A stretch of 64,000 nucleotides of DNA, taken from positions 32,001 to 96,000 of the IMG/VR virus record IMGVR_UViG_3300020172_005639. One strand, given 5' to 3'. Below, one piece after another: positions 46,329 to 56,265 of this stretch (the first letter of the stretch is position 1; each line of letters starts with the position of its first letter). Origin of the DNA: a virus. The notes beneath the pieces are model-generated. The model worked only from the letters and a program-made list of their open reading frames with translations, was not told where the DNA came from and made no database searches. The position numbers were made by a program, and so were the translations under genes.

Positions 46329-47060
46329 ATGGCGACACCAGCTTACAATCCGCTCGAAGGCGAGCGACCAGAGATGACCGTTAAGCTTCACGAGAACTCC
46401 GACGATTATATTTCAATCATCATCGTCCACAGGGACAGGCCAGAGTACCTAAATATATGCTTACAGTCTATAGCAGTAACATCATTCAACAACAACTATG
46501 AGATTATCGTAGTCGATAACGGCAGCGGAAAGGAGTCGCAGGACTTCCTCAAGGACATTGAGGGCGAAGTGAAGGTTGTCAGGAACGAAAAGAACCTGTA
46601 CTGGTCGTCGGCCTGCAACAAAGGCGTGCAGGCGGCAGACAAGAACAGCAAGTACTTCATCTTCATGCACTGCGACGTGGTCGTGCTCAACCCAGCCTGG
46701 ATCGACCTGCTCGTCAACGTTTCGGAGGCGCAGCAATCCGGTTATGTCGGCATCGATACGCAGTCATACATGATGGGCTCGCAGAAAGTGGAGTTCATGC
46801 AGGAATACGTCATCCTCGTGACGAGGGAGGCATGGAAAGACATCGGGCCTTGGCCTGAGCAGCTGCCGCAGGTGGGCCACGCATTCATCATGACGATGAG
46901 GGCCCAGAACAAGGGCCACAAACCCCAGATCATGAAGAACCAGATTGTTCACCACTACCGCATCTTCAGCCTCGATATCTCCGACTACGAGAGAATGACG
47001 GAGCAGGCGATGACAACCCTTCCCAAGTTGATGACAGAGGTGCAGACGCGCGCTTTATGA
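46329..47060 (+). CDS. GT2 family glycosyltransferase
   Basis: ISIIIV, CLQSI, YEIIVVDNGS, ACNKG, FMHCDV. Confidence 0.85.
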   Translation: MATPAYNPLEGERPEMTVKLHENSDDYISIIIVHRDRPEYLNICLQSIAVTSFNNNYEIIVVDNGSGKESQDFLKDIEGEVKVVRNEKNLYWSSACNKGVQAADKNSKYFIFMHCDVVVLNPAWIDLLVNVSEAQQSGYVGIDTQSYMMGSQKVEFMQEYVILVTREAWKDIGPWPEQLPQVGHAFIMTMRAQNKGHKPQIMKNQIVHHYRIFSLDISDYERMTEQAMTTLPKLMTEVQTRAL

Positions 47061-47761
47061 GATGCACGTTAAAAACCGATGAGGTTGCGGTTTTCGACGA
47101 TCTGTTCGAACCTGACAGGTTCAAGCACTTCGTCCAGTACTTCAACACACTTGACTTTCGTTTCAGGCACAGCGATGGCTGGCTGAAGGTGTGGAAGTTG
47201 ACCGACGGGAACATACTTTCGGGGAAGGAGCTGCAAGCCTCTCGCGCCCCGTTTAACAACCAGATGGACTGGGTGCACTACATGGTTAGCGCCTTGTCCC
47301 AGTCGCATGCCAAGGAAATCTGTGGCGAGTTCGGCAAGGACTATCATGAGATTATTTATACCCCATACGTCTACCCGATAGGCACTCGCATATCTTGGCA
47401 CGACGACCATGGCTACTCTGCCGCCTGCATTTTCTACTGCCACCCATCATGGCACCCAGAGTGGGGAGGCGAGCTCCAGATTGCCAAGACAGACAGTTTT
47501 ACGGAGGCGGTGGACGACCCAATAGATGACCAGATACAGCGAAAATACATTCCCAGGCTCCTGAACAAGCATGGTTTTGGAACCTACATATCGCCGTTGC
47601 CCAACCGCATGGTGTTTACCAAGGGCAGCGTTTGGCATGCAATAAATCGCGTGGACAAAATCGCTGGCGACTCCGCAAGGCACTCCGTCGTCGCCTTCTT
47701 CCGAAAGCGCGACGAGCCAAAGCCTATCGCTTCAGCTTCTCAATCTTGTCAAGGAACTTGA
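47057..47761 (+). CDS. 2OG-Fe(II) oxygenase (prolyl-hydroxylase-like)
   Basis: WHDD, W..EWGGEL, PNRMVF, WHAI, R.S. Confidence 0.85.
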   Translation: MRCTLKTDEVAVFDDLFEPDRFKHFVQYFNTLDFRFRHSDGWLKVWKLTDGNILSGKELQASRAPFNNQMDWVHYMVSALSQSHAKEICGEFGKDYHEIIYTPYVYPIGTRISWHDDHGYSAACIFYCHPSWHPEWGGELQIAKTDSFTEAVDDPIDDQIQRKYIPRLLNKHGFGTYISPLPNRMVFTKGSVWHAINRVDKIAGDSARHSVVAFFRKRDEPKPIASASQSCQGT

Positions 47762-48200
47762 ACCAGTCCTCATTGTGCCAAACGACTGGCGCGTGGTTGC
47801 TGTATTTGGCCGCATAGCTCATGCAGAATATTTCCTCGTCATTCTGACGCAAAGCCTTCTTCTGCTCTTCTTTGTCAAACTTGTCGATCTGGGCCTGCTT
47901 AGTCCTTTTCAGGATTTTCGACCACTCTTTCTTGAGCTCGTTTGTGACTAGGTACTCCCAGACTAGGTGAGCGATCTCGTGCAGAGTCGTGAACATACGA
48001 CTGTAGTTCCAAGGCGCAGCGACGACGATCCTGTCTTTGTAGATGTAGCCTATGTGCTGGTTGTCGCCGTTGAGGGTGTTGCCGGGCGTGTACTTGAACT
48101 TGTAGCCGTCAAGAAGGTCACGGTGTCCTTTGGGGAGACTGTCTAGCAGCTTCCCCACGTTACGCTTCTCTTCGAATTCAAGAAATTGTTTGAAACTCAT
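47724..48200 (-). CDS. Zincin metallopeptidase-like late protein
   Basis: LHEIAH plus downstream EE.F; MSFKQFLE start; TAAATA box at 48220-48215. Confidence 0.7.
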   Translation of the reverse strand: MSFKQFLEFEEKRNVGKLLDSLPKGHRDLLDGYKFKYTPGNTLNGDNQHIGYIYKDRIVVAAPWNYSRMFTTLHEIAHLVWEYLVTNELKKEWSKILKRTKQAQIDKFDKEEQKKALRQNDEEIFCMSYAAKYSNHAPVVWHNEDWFKFLDKIEKLKR

Positions 48201-48279
48201 TTTCTCCCCCACTTTATTTAGGACCGAAGCTCTTTTTCAGATGTGCATCCGGAAAAAAAATGGTGGGCTTAAATAAGGT

Positions 48280-49020
48280 ATGTCCAAGCAAAAACAAAAG
48301 CCGAAAACCTCGAGACCCAAGCCAGGCCAGCCCAAGCCGGCAAGCGAGACGCCGCAACACAAGAGGGCCTTCCATCTTGAGTTTATCACTCCTGCGCAAA
48401 AGATGGCTTGGGCAAGCTTCGATCAGCACGATGTGATTTTCCTTCTGGGAGCTCCTGGCGTGGGCAAGTCCCATTTGGCTTGCGCCTTCGCAATCAGCGA
48501 GGTGCTGTCCAAGCGCAAGAAGAAGATCGTTCTCACGAGACCCATAGTCGAGGCTGGCGGCGAGTCCATCGGATATCTGCCCGGTACATTCGAGGAGAAG
48601 GTCAACCCATACATGCTGCCACTATACGACTGCATGGACAGGATGCTTGGTCCCGTCGGCCCGCAGCGCGATATAATCAACAAGAGCGTTGAGCTTGCTC
48701 CCATCTGCTTCATGCGAGGCCGCACATTCAACGATGCAGTCTGCATCTTTGACGAGGCGCAGAATGCCACTTTTTCGCAGATTAAGTTATTCTTGACCCG
48801 CTTCGGAAAGAACAGCAAGGTCATCATCACCGGCGACCCGATGCAGAGCGATCTCAAGCCTGCCGATCGCGCTCTCATGAAGGTCGTCGACAAACTTTCT
48901 ACCGTAAACGGGATTGGAGTGATCACCTTCAAGGCTAACTCTATCGTGCGCCACCCCTTGATTGCTTCAATACTTAACAAACTTGAGGATAAGGAGGAAA
49001 ATGGCTCTAGTAGTTCCTAA
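48280..49020 (+). CDS. phoH: PhoH-like ATPase
   Basis: GAPGVGKS, TRP.VE, GYLPG, FMRGRTF, DEAQN, LTR, GDPMQSD, IVRHP. Confidence 0.95.
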   Translation: MSKQKQKPKTSRPKPGQPKPASETPQHKRAFHLEFITPAQKMAWASFDQHDVIFLLGAPGVGKSHLACAFAISEVLSKRKKKIVLTRPIVEAGGESIGYLPGTFEEKVNPYMLPLYDCMDRMLGPVGPQRDIINKSVELAPICFMRGRTFNDAVCIFDEAQNATFSQIKLFLTRFGKNSKVIITGDPMQSDLKPADRALMKVVDKLSTVNGIGVITFKANSIVRHPLIASILNKLEDKEENGSSSS

Positions 49021-49411
49021 CGGTGGTGAAACCGTTCTTCTCGACAGGCTCTTGAAGCTGACGAACGTCACCGACAACTATCTGCTTCACCTCTATAAAA
49101 ACAACTACACTCCGCTGTCCACTTCGGTGAAGTCGGACTTCACGGAGGCCGACTTCACCAACTATGCAGCGACGACGCTGACACGCTCCACTTGGGCGTC
49201 CTCTACCTTGAACGGCAGCAACAAGGCACAGAGCACCTACGCAGCCCAGAGCTGGACTTGCGGTGTGACGACCAATACTGTGTACGGCTACTACATGACA
49301 GACAGCACGGACACAACTTTATTGTGGGCTGAGCAGTTTGGCATAGCCAGGACGCTTGCCGAGAATGATATTCTGAGCGTCACGCCTGTTTTCACGTTAA
49401 GTAGCGAGTGA
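49001..49411 (+). CDS. Probable tail/virion structural protein
   Basis: Thr/Ser-rich beta protein; L.LY.N, TVYGYY, LLWAE; AGGAGG SD. Confidence 0.7.
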   Translation: MALVVPNGGETVLLDRLLKLTNVTDNYLLHLYKNNYTPLSTSVKSDFTEADFTNYAATTLTRSTWASSTLNGSNKAQSTYAAQSWTCGVTTNTVYGYYMTDSTDTTLLWAEQFGIARTLAENDILSVTPVFTLSSE

Positions 49412-49450
49412 TTTGCAGTGCGATTTGGCTACACATCCAGTAGATAGTGC

Positions 49451-51256
49451 ATGCCTTATAACGAGACTATGTCCGGCGGCGTTTTGGTGGGCGGGAACTG
49501 CTCGGACACCATGGTCATGGAGAACGTTGCCTCGGGCGGCGCTTCGGCAGGCGGATCCTCATCCAACAACCTCTCAATGTACAACCTTGCCTCTGGAGGC
49601 GTTTCCGCCGGGGGCTCAGCTGTAATAAGCATTGGTTTCAGTGCGTCAGGCGGCGCAACGCTTTCCGGATCAGCATTGGTAGGGATTGGCGTCGCTGCCT
49701 CGGGTGGCGTGGCTTGTGGCGGCCAAGCTAATTACACGATAGTCTTTGATCAGGCGTATGTATTCAATGTAAATGCCTATCTTACGGCTGATCAGGCTTA
49801 TACCTTCAACATAGGCCGATCTCCTCTGAGGTACTATCGCGTTCAGGGGTGCTGCGTCTATCCGACTGCTGCCGGCAGCGGCTTGCCGGAGCAGCCCTTC
49901 CCCGGTGGGTGCGATGTGGTTGGCATAGAGACAGATGACGACCAGTGCACGGGCGCTTTGGGCAAGAACCAGTATACTCAAAACATAATCGCAAGGGATA
50001 TCCAAGAGGTATGCGAAAAGCTCTCAAGGAGCAAGCTTCGCTGGCAGATATGCAGCCTCAAGCGATGGAGCAGGCTTGCCGACCCGAGGCTCCGGCCTGA
50101 GGACGATGAGTGCAATGTCCTTGAAGAAGTCCCTTTCGCCGATATCCCCGCCTGTCTTGAGTTCACTCTTGCCATAGACAGCCTGACAAAAATCAAAGCC
50201 ATCGTTGAGGTGACCCAGGACTTCCACGATTACGATGGCTCTGGCACCATCACTATGGGCGGTGAAGCCCCTGCTGCGATTACGGCTGGTGGCACCACTC
50301 CTACCGTCTGGAACTATTCCTTCGTGAGTTCTGGTGGCCTTATAGTCATGGGCGGAACGGGAGCTACTTCATCGTTTGAGAGCGACTACCTCATCACAAC
50401 AATCGTTACCGTGAGCCTGCCTCTGGAGGAGCCTGTTTTTGCGACAACCGATGCGCTGCCTGAAATACAGTCAAACAACGATGCAATAGTCACCAGTTGC
50501 GCAACTTGCAACGCGTTGCCCATAAACCTATTCCTGACCCATAACCTTACGGTGCCGGGTCTTTTCTACAACTTCCTTCAACGAAACAACCTAAAGATTC
50601 CGCAGGCTATACAGATGAGTTACAGCCCCACCCAGGTTGCTTGGATTGCCACGATCCAGTACAAGGGCATCACCGAGTCAAACAGCACGCTGGACAACTG
50701 GAGGCTGGTATTTGAGTTCGCATGCACAGACTATATTTCCGGCGAATACACCGGCAATCCAGTCATCAAGTTCTCAATGACCGTCAACAAGAAAAACCTC
50801 ACGACGAACAAGTCGGCAGAAACCAAGTTCATGATGACGCTTCCTCCTGTCGGTTTTTGCGCGTCTGTCAACAACTTCAGAAATACCTTCAACTGGCTTT
50901 TCAACTTCCCCACCCAGTATGTCCGCAACAGCGCAAACCTCACCGTGCAGTCGTTGATCTACTACGACAACATAGGAATGTTCTCATCCAAGCAGTGGAT
51001 GATGTACCCCAACCTATCCTTCACCATCTTAAGGGATCCCGTGCAGTCAGGAAGCAGCTTCTACGACCTGTCGCCAATTGTTCCGCAGCCAACTCCTGTA
51101 CTGGGTAGGAATATTGAGAGTATACTTGGTTTGCCGCCATCGCCGTATATCGTCGATCGACCCAAGCGCATCTACGTTCAGCCTCCGATCGTGCCAACGG
51201 AATCCGCTGTCCCCGGCATTAGGCAGACTGGCACACAAGTTCTCACGGAGACTTGA
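49451..51256 (+). CDS. Probable virion structural protein with Gly-rich quasi-repeats
   Basis: Repeated ASGG..(A/C)GG units; TAGATA box 4 nt before ATG. Confidence 0.7.
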   Translation: MPYNETMSGGVLVGGNCSDTMVMENVASGGASAGGSSSNNLSMYNLASGGVSAGGSAVISIGFSASGGATLSGSALVGIGVAASGGVACGGQANYTIVFDQAYVFNVNAYLTADQAYTFNIGRSPLRYYRVQGCCVYPTAAGSGLPEQPFPGGCDVVGIETDDDQCTGALGKNQYTQNIIARDIQEVCEKLSRSKLRWQICSLKRWSRLADPRLRPEDDECNVLEEVPFADIPACLEFTLAIDSLTKIKAIVEVTQDFHDYDGSGTITMGGEAPAAITAGGTTPTVWNYSFVSSGGLIVMGGTGATSSFESDYLITTIVTVSLPLEEPVFATTDALPEIQSNNDAIVTSCATCNALPINLFLTHNLTVPGLFYNFLQRNNLKIPQAIQMSYSPTQVAWIATIQYKGITESNSTLDNWRLVFEFACTDYISGEYTGNPVIKFSMTVNKKNLTTNKSAETKFMMTLPPVGFCASVNNFRNTFNWLFNFPTQYVRNSANLTVQSLIYYDNIGMFSSKQWMMYPNLSFTILRDPVQSGSSFYDLSPIVPQPTPVLGRNIESILGLPPSPYIVDRPKRIYVQPPIVPTESAVPGIRQTGTQVLTET

Positions 51257-51258
51257 TC

Positions 51259-51561
51259 ATGGAATTATGGTTACTCTGGGCAGTATTGGCATTTTGTATC
51301 TCAAATTTTGTCCTCCTCTTTTTTCTGGGGCTTTTCGTGGTAAGATCACACGAGCAGTCGAGAGGCATGATTGGGGGACTCGCAGAGATGATTGCTGGCG
51401 CCCCCGAGATCGAGCCCGAAGTCCCAGGTCAAAAAACTTGGGACCAGAAGTACGAGGAGGAACTTGAGGCATTTTCACGGAGGATTCGTGGAACCTCCGG
51501 TTTAGCCGACCTTCCCTCTGCCATGCCTTACAACTCACAAGTTCCCAAAGACCCTGCATGA
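51259..51561 (+). CDS. Membrane protein
   Basis: Long N-terminal hydrophobic segment. Confidence 0.65.
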   Translation: MELWLLWAVLAFCISNFVLLFFLGLFVVRSHEQSRGMIGGLAEMIAGAPEIEPEVPGQKTWDQKYEEELEAFSRRIRGTSGLADLPSAMPYNSQVPKDPA

Positions 51562-51577
51562 GGCATGAAGTCTCTCC

Positions 51578-52570
51578 ATGGTGTATCGCAAAACATATCG
51601 CAAGTTTCACATTCAGCGCAGATTCGGAGTTGAGCTTGAGCTTGGATCTGACATTTCCAAAAGAAGAATAGCGAATGTAATCAAAAGTTGCAGCGACAGA
51701 GCCGTAAAGGTTGCAAAATATAGCCAGACGTCTGGCAATGATTTCTGGCACGTAAAGGAGGACGCCACTTGCGGCCCCAGTGGCAGAAACGGTCCTAGGG
51801 GAGTTGAGGTTGCGTCCTTTATCGGCTCTGGTTCCACCGATATTTCACACCTCTCTGACGTCGTTGACAAACTCGCCTGCTTTGGCTGCTCGGTCAATAA
51901 CAACTGTGGCCTCCATGTTCATGTGGACGTGGCTGACCTTCATATTGAGCAACTGGGCTGGATATGCGCGTGGTGGATCAAGTGCGAGCTGCCCTTGAGC
52001 ATGGCGCTGCCGCTGCGACGACTGGGAAACACATACTGCAAGTTTATCTTTCCACCCTTTCTCGAGACTGTCGTAAAGAACGGCGTGCTGCTTGACAGGT
52101 CCATGCCTTTGAGTCCTCATTTCTCCGGCCCCACTTTATTCACCGTCCTCACTCAAAGGCTAAGGCCGCCGACTACGGAAGAAAGACGATGCAATCTCAA
52201 CCTGACTAACATAGTCAATTCAAGCGCGCTGATGCAGGGCAAGACCACCCTTGAGCTACGCTGGCCTGAAGGTTCCATAAAGTCCCTCGATGTTCGTTCT
52301 TGGACAAAGCTTTTTCTCCTGTTCGTGGACTCGTGCAAAAACAAGGGTATGCCTCAGGACCTTAGTCCGTGTGGCATAGCCCAGATGATGGAGTGTCTTG
52401 GTTTGCATGATGATATGCACTCACTTGTGCTAAGTCCTTCCCTTAGTGAGTGCAAACGCTGGCTGCTGGACCGCATAACGAAGCATCTTCCGGAAACCAA
52501 AAAGCTTTACTCAAAGTCCCTAGTAAGCCAGTATTTGAGGGAGGCTAGCAACTTGAGTACTGCTGAATAG
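51578..52570 (+). CDS. Putative amidoligase (COOH-NH2 ligase family)
   Basis: RRFGVELE, WHVKED, VEVAS, CGLHVH, TLELR. Confidence 0.85.
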   Translation: MVYRKTYRKFHIQRRFGVELELGSDISKRRIANVIKSCSDRAVKVAKYSQTSGNDFWHVKEDATCGPSGRNGPRGVEVASFIGSGSTDISHLSDVVDKLACFGCSVNNNCGLHVHVDVADLHIEQLGWICAWWIKCELPLSMALPLRRLGNTYCKFIFPPFLETVVKNGVLLDRSMPLSPHFSGPTLFTVLTQRLRPPTTEERRCNLNLTNIVNSSALMQGKTTLELRWPEGSIKSLDVRSWTKLFLLFVDSCKNKGMPQDLSPCGIAQMMECLGLHDDMHSLVLSPSLSECKRWLLDRITKHLPETKKLYSKSLVSQYLREASNLSTAE

Positions 52571-52682
52571 CTTTTTGATTGGCTTGAGATTGGTCATTTG
52601 GCTTTATTTCTAGGTTTTTTCATATTCGCAACAGGCTATCAAGAATAGATTTTGGAATAGCTTTTTGAATAGCTTTTGATTG
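52565..52682 (+). repeat. GAATAGCTTTT direct repeats
   Basis: Copies at 52565, then 52643 (degenerate), 52655 and 52667 in 12-bp tandem register. Confidence 0.8.
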
Positions 52683-52701
52683 CATAAATAATTTGTCGGG
52701 G

Positions 52702-52730
52702 TTGACCCATATCTCCCTCGGCATTACACT
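52702..52730 (+). promoter_or_regulatory. Sigma70-like promoter TTGACC-17-TACACT
   Basis: Canonical spacing, upstream of the sigma factor gene. Confidence 0.7.
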
Positions 52731-52793
52731 ACAACTTAACACTTGTAAACACTTTATTTACACTTTCTTTACACTGAGACACTGATGAACACT
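52726..52793 (+). repeat. Seven ACACT repeats at 8-13 bp spacing
   Basis: At 52726, 52739, 52749, 52760, 52771, 52779, 52789. Confidence 0.8.
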
Positions 52794-53291
52794 TTTGAAA
52801 AACTTATTGAAGATCACATACCCGTAGCCAAGACCATCGCAAGAAGCCACAAGAGCAAGTACCATCAAATCTCGATTGACGAGCTTGAGGCTGCCGCACT
52901 TTATGGCCTCGTCCATGCCGCAAACAAGTTCGATGAAATTCGTGGCATACCCTTCATTAGGTTTGCGAGCAAGCGCATGTATGGTGCGATTATTGACTAC
53001 GTAAACGAGCTTCTGGTAGGTCCGAAGGGTGACAAAAAACTTGCCGAACAACTGCCGGAGGAAATCAAGACAGAGTCTGAGCAGAATTCTCACATCCATT
53101 TTGAGGAGTTGATATGTTTTCTGCCCAAACGCACGCAGTTTATCATGCGAAGGGTTTATGTCTTTGAGGATTCGCTGGCCGACATATCAAGCGTGTTGAA
53201 CATCGGTGAATCGAGGATAAGCCAAATAGTTGCAAAAGCTCGAAAGACCATAGAGGATCGTATCGGGAAATTATATGGCTCCGTGGCCTAA
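52785..53291 (+). CDS. RNA polymerase sigma factor (FliA/WhiG-like regions 2 and 4, region 3 largely missing)
   Basis: GLVHAANKFD..RG..F..FA..R..GAIID; LADIS.VLNIGESRISQI. Confidence 0.85.
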   Translation: MNTFEKLIEDHIPVAKTIARSHKSKYHQISIDELEAAALYGLVHAANKFDEIRGIPFIRFASKRMYGAIIDYVNELLVGPKGDKKLAEQLPEEIKTESEQNSHIHFEELICFLPKRTQFIMRRVYVFEDSLADISSVLNIGESRISQIVAKARKTIEDRIGKLYGSVA

Positions 53292-53298
53292 ATAGGGC

Positions 53299-54189
53299 AT
53301 GGAGTTTGCCATGAGACAAATAGCTTGCGGACTTTTTCTACTGATGTCATTCTGTGTAGTCGCCCAAGCACAAGAGGACCCCAAGGAGGTTCAGCAAAAG
53401 GATGATCCCGAGCTGAAAGAACTCCAGTGGAATAGGTATGAAACGGGCAAGCTTGTGGTTGTCAGCATCGACAAGGACCTCGGCGAGAAGTTGAGTGAAA
53501 GCGTTTCCGAAATCAAATCCGATGTCCTGACGCGCTGGGGCTTTCCCGACGTGGAACTGGGCAAAGAGTGCAGAATATTTTGCGTTCCCAAGCTGGGCTT
53601 GCTCACCAAGCTTTTTAACTTGAGCGCCCCGAGGATGCAGGTGCGTAAGGAGCTATACGCAATCTGGACTGTACTTGACCAGGATCTCCAGAAATCGGTC
53701 GCCCCGCATCTTACTTCCGTGATGCTTCTGGAGTACGAGGCTAAAGAGGGAATTGCTCTCCCGATATGGTTCAAGCGGGGTGCCCACCGACTTGCGTCTG
53801 GCCCCGAGGACGTAAGGCAGCAGCTGACAGACTACCATGCTACGGCTAAGCGGGAGCAGTTTGCTTACACGGCGCAGAAGATGTTTATGTATACCGAGGA
53901 TGAGTACAACAAGCAAAGTGCGGAGAACAAAAAGGCCTTTGACCTTCAGGCGATTTGCCTCTGCCTCATGCTCAGGCAAGAGCTCGGCGAGGCTAAGCTT
54001 CAGGGTTTCTTGAGGCTCCAGAACAGAAACAAGCCCGAGTCCGTTCTTCGGGCCATATACGGCTACGACGGCTTCACAGGCTCCATGAGGAGCTTTGAGG
54101 AGAAATACTACGACTTTATCAAAGACTTGACCAATGAGGCTGCTGACGGGAGAGTTCCTGACTCCTACCTCACAATTCGGTCAAGATAG
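53299..54189 (+). CDS. Secreted protein (peptidase MA-like fold, catalytic motif absent)
   Basis: Signal peptide ending AQA; LPIWF..G; no HEXXH. Confidence 0.6.
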   Translation: MEFAMRQIACGLFLLMSFCVVAQAQEDPKEVQQKDDPELKELQWNRYETGKLVVVSIDKDLGEKLSESVSEIKSDVLTRWGFPDVELGKECRIFCVPKLGLLTKLFNLSAPRMQVRKELYAIWTVLDQDLQKSVAPHLTSVMLLEYEAKEGIALPIWFKRGAHRLASGPEDVRQQLTDYHATAKREQFAYTAQKMFMYTEDEYNKQSAENKKAFDLQAICLCLMLRQELGEAKLQGFLRLQNRNKPESVLRAIYGYDGFTGSMRSFEEKYYDFIKDLTNEAADGRVPDSYLTIRSR

Positions 54190-54196
54190 GAGGCAT

Positions 54197-54499
54197 ATGC
54201 TTTTACTGATTATTTCATGGCTAATTTTTGGATTGATTGTCGGTTTCTTAGCCAAGCTTCTTCACCCAGGCGATGAGCCTGTAGGTTTCGTCGCAACGGT
54301 CGCGCTAGGCGTAGTCGGATCATTCGTGGGCGGAATACTTAACTGGCTAATCTTCGGCGGAACCAGTCCGCTTCAGGCAAGCGGTTTTGTCATGTCGATA
54401 ATTGGCGGCATCATTACCTGCGCTGCTTGGCGTTGGTACAATCTTAAATTCGCAAGCAGTGGTCCGAGGAACTTCCTGTCTGGAAAGAAAATGGATTGA
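54197..54499 (+). CDS. GlsB/YeaQ/YmgE (transglycosylase-associated) membrane protein
   Basis: WLIFGLIVG.LAK.L.PG, LGVVGSFVGG, SIIG. Confidence 0.85.
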   Translation: MLLLIISWLIFGLIVGFLAKLLHPGDEPVGFVATVALGVVGSFVGGILNWLIFGGTSPLQASGFVMSIIGGIITCAAWRWYNLKFASSGPRNFLSGKKMD

Positions 54500-54541
54500 T
54501 ATTTCCTATAAACAACGGCTCGCATAAGCTCCTATAATTCT

Positions 54542-54793
54542 ATGACTATAGGAGGCGCGCCGTTGAAAGGATCATTTGACCCCAAGGTGCTTGCCAAGCT
54601 AAAGGAAAAGTACTCGCACTTGCACCCGCTGCTTTTCTTCAGGTCGATGGAGAGGGCAAAAACGAACGGCGATCTTTTCGACATATTAGACACCGTGGCC
54701 TCCCTTCCTGTTGTTTGGTGTGATCGCACTTCAAGGTGGATTCATGTGGAAGACATTTATTTCAAGAAGGATTTTTTGCAAGAGCAAATTTAG
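54542..54793 (+). CDS. Hypothetical protein
   Basis: 83-aa ORF, stop adjacent to next ATG. Confidence 0.6.
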   Translation: MTIGGAPLKGSFDPKVLAKLKEKYSHLHPLLFFRSMERAKTNGDLFDILDTVASLPVVWCDRTSRWIHVEDIYFKKDFLQEQI

Positions 54794-55450
54794 ATGAGAA
54801 TTTACGAGGAATACCTCAACAGGCATAGCATCACCGACTTTCCGGTGATCCACCACTGCCCAAACGCAGCTTTTGTTGTGAAGTTCAATGACAAGGACAG
54901 CTGGCTTGATTTTGCCAACGTGTCGGAGGACTTCATTCGGAACTCCACGCCGTTCGCAGTTTTCCATATTTCTTGGATCAGCGCAAATGTAAGGCCTGGC
55001 GAGTATGTGCTTAGCCTCAAGTCGCCAATCCATGACGTTTTCGGCTCCAGCGGATATTTCAACAATATCTTTTCAGAGCGAGTCAAGTGGCACAACTACG
55101 AGACGGCATTGACATCAATATGCGACCGTCTGTCGGGAAGCCTAATCTACGACCAAGGCCTTGATCTGATCATGGCTCTTTGGGAGATGTTCGTGTACAG
55201 CCACGACTCTTGGTTCTGCCGCCAAGGCGGTGATATTAAATACATTTTATATCAAACTTTAGACAAAGATATTCAGATAGCACACAGGGCGTGTTGCATA
55301 CAGGAGATGTTGCGAAAACTCGGCAACGTCAACGCAAACCTTGTGAAAGTCTGGAGAAACGAGTACCTGTGCTATACTCAGACGGAAACAAGGTGGTTCA
55401 TACGGTTAGTCAAACAGCCATGCCCAAAGACTATTCTCCAGTTAAGCTGA
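54794..55450 (+). CDS. Hypothetical protein
   Basis: 218-aa ORF. Confidence 0.65.
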   Translation: MRIYEEYLNRHSITDFPVIHHCPNAAFVVKFNDKDSWLDFANVSEDFIRNSTPFAVFHISWISANVRPGEYVLSLKSPIHDVFGSSGYFNNIFSERVKWHNYETALTSICDRLSGSLIYDQGLDLIMALWEMFVYSHDSWFCRQGGDIKYILYQTLDKDIQIAHRACCIQEMLRKLGNVNANLVKVWRNEYLCYTQTETRWFIRLVKQPCPKTILQLS

Positions 55451-56265
55451 AGAACCCAGCCGCTCATGGCGTGATGGTGCGGCTGCTTCATGGACAGAAG
55501 CTGCAGCTGCATTTCGAAGGGCCACAGAACATAGAAAACAAAATGGAAGTCATCGGAGACTTCCTGACTGTGGACGATATCTTGCGGGAAGGCGATGGCT
55601 GGCTCGCCACCATTAGCCAAAACAGACCCGTCATACTGGACAACACGCTTTACTTGGGCTGCATAAGCCTTTTCGGTCAAGAGGACAAAAGGGTGGGCTC
55701 AGTCTGTGTGGTCTCTAAAAATTCGAACGACGATGTCATGACCGTCATCAATCCGAAAAGTCAGTTCTGCAACGTTGAGCTCAACCAGGTTCTGGACGTC
55801 ATAGTCCAGACCGACAGCGTTGCTTCAAGATATGCGGCTTATCCAGTCTGCGGCGATCTTTGCATGGAGCTCATACAGCAATACTGCAAGCCCTGTCAAA
55901 TGAACGGTTGCGATGGCCTTGAGCATGTGTTCAGATTCAGATTCGACTCGCAGAGCGTGGATAAGTTCTCGAGCCGACCAGTTGGCAAGTTTGATGGGGG
56001 ACAAATCTTATTCGTGAGTTCTAGGGGCCATAGGAGGACTCTCAAGTTGATCTGCTCTTGGAGGGGGAAGTCTTCCGTTTACAAGGCTCTGCTGCTGCCA
56101 AGAATTCCCTCGTCCAACGCCATAGCTAGCTACAAGAAGCAAAAAAAGGTCTGCCTCAAATCCGATGTTTCATTGAGAAGGATTGACTCGGAGGACTTGG
56201 AGGCTGGCTGTAACGTCTTGCTGTCGAAGAATCGGCGAGGTGATGATGCCGGCTCAATACGATGA
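55420..56265 (+). CDS. Hypothetical protein
   Basis: Probable ATG 55420. Confidence 0.65.
   Translation: MPKDYSPVKLKNPAAHGVMVRLLHGQKLQLHFEGPQNIENKMEVIGDFLTVDDILREGDGWLATISQNRPVILDNTLYLGCISLFGQEDKRVGSVCVVSKNSNDDVMTVINPKSQFCNVELNQVLDVIVQTDSVASRYAAYPVCGDLCMELIQQYCKPCQMNGCDGLEHVFRFRFDSQSVDKFSSRPVGKFDGGQILFVSSRGHRRTLKLICSWRGKSSVYKALLLPRIPSSNAIASYKKQKKVCLKSDVSLRRIDSEDLEAGCNVLLSKNRRGDDAGSIR

Noticed and set aside
52565-52793. CRISPR array
   Set aside because: The repeats are 5-12 bp with no unique 30-40 bp spacers, and there are no cas genes.
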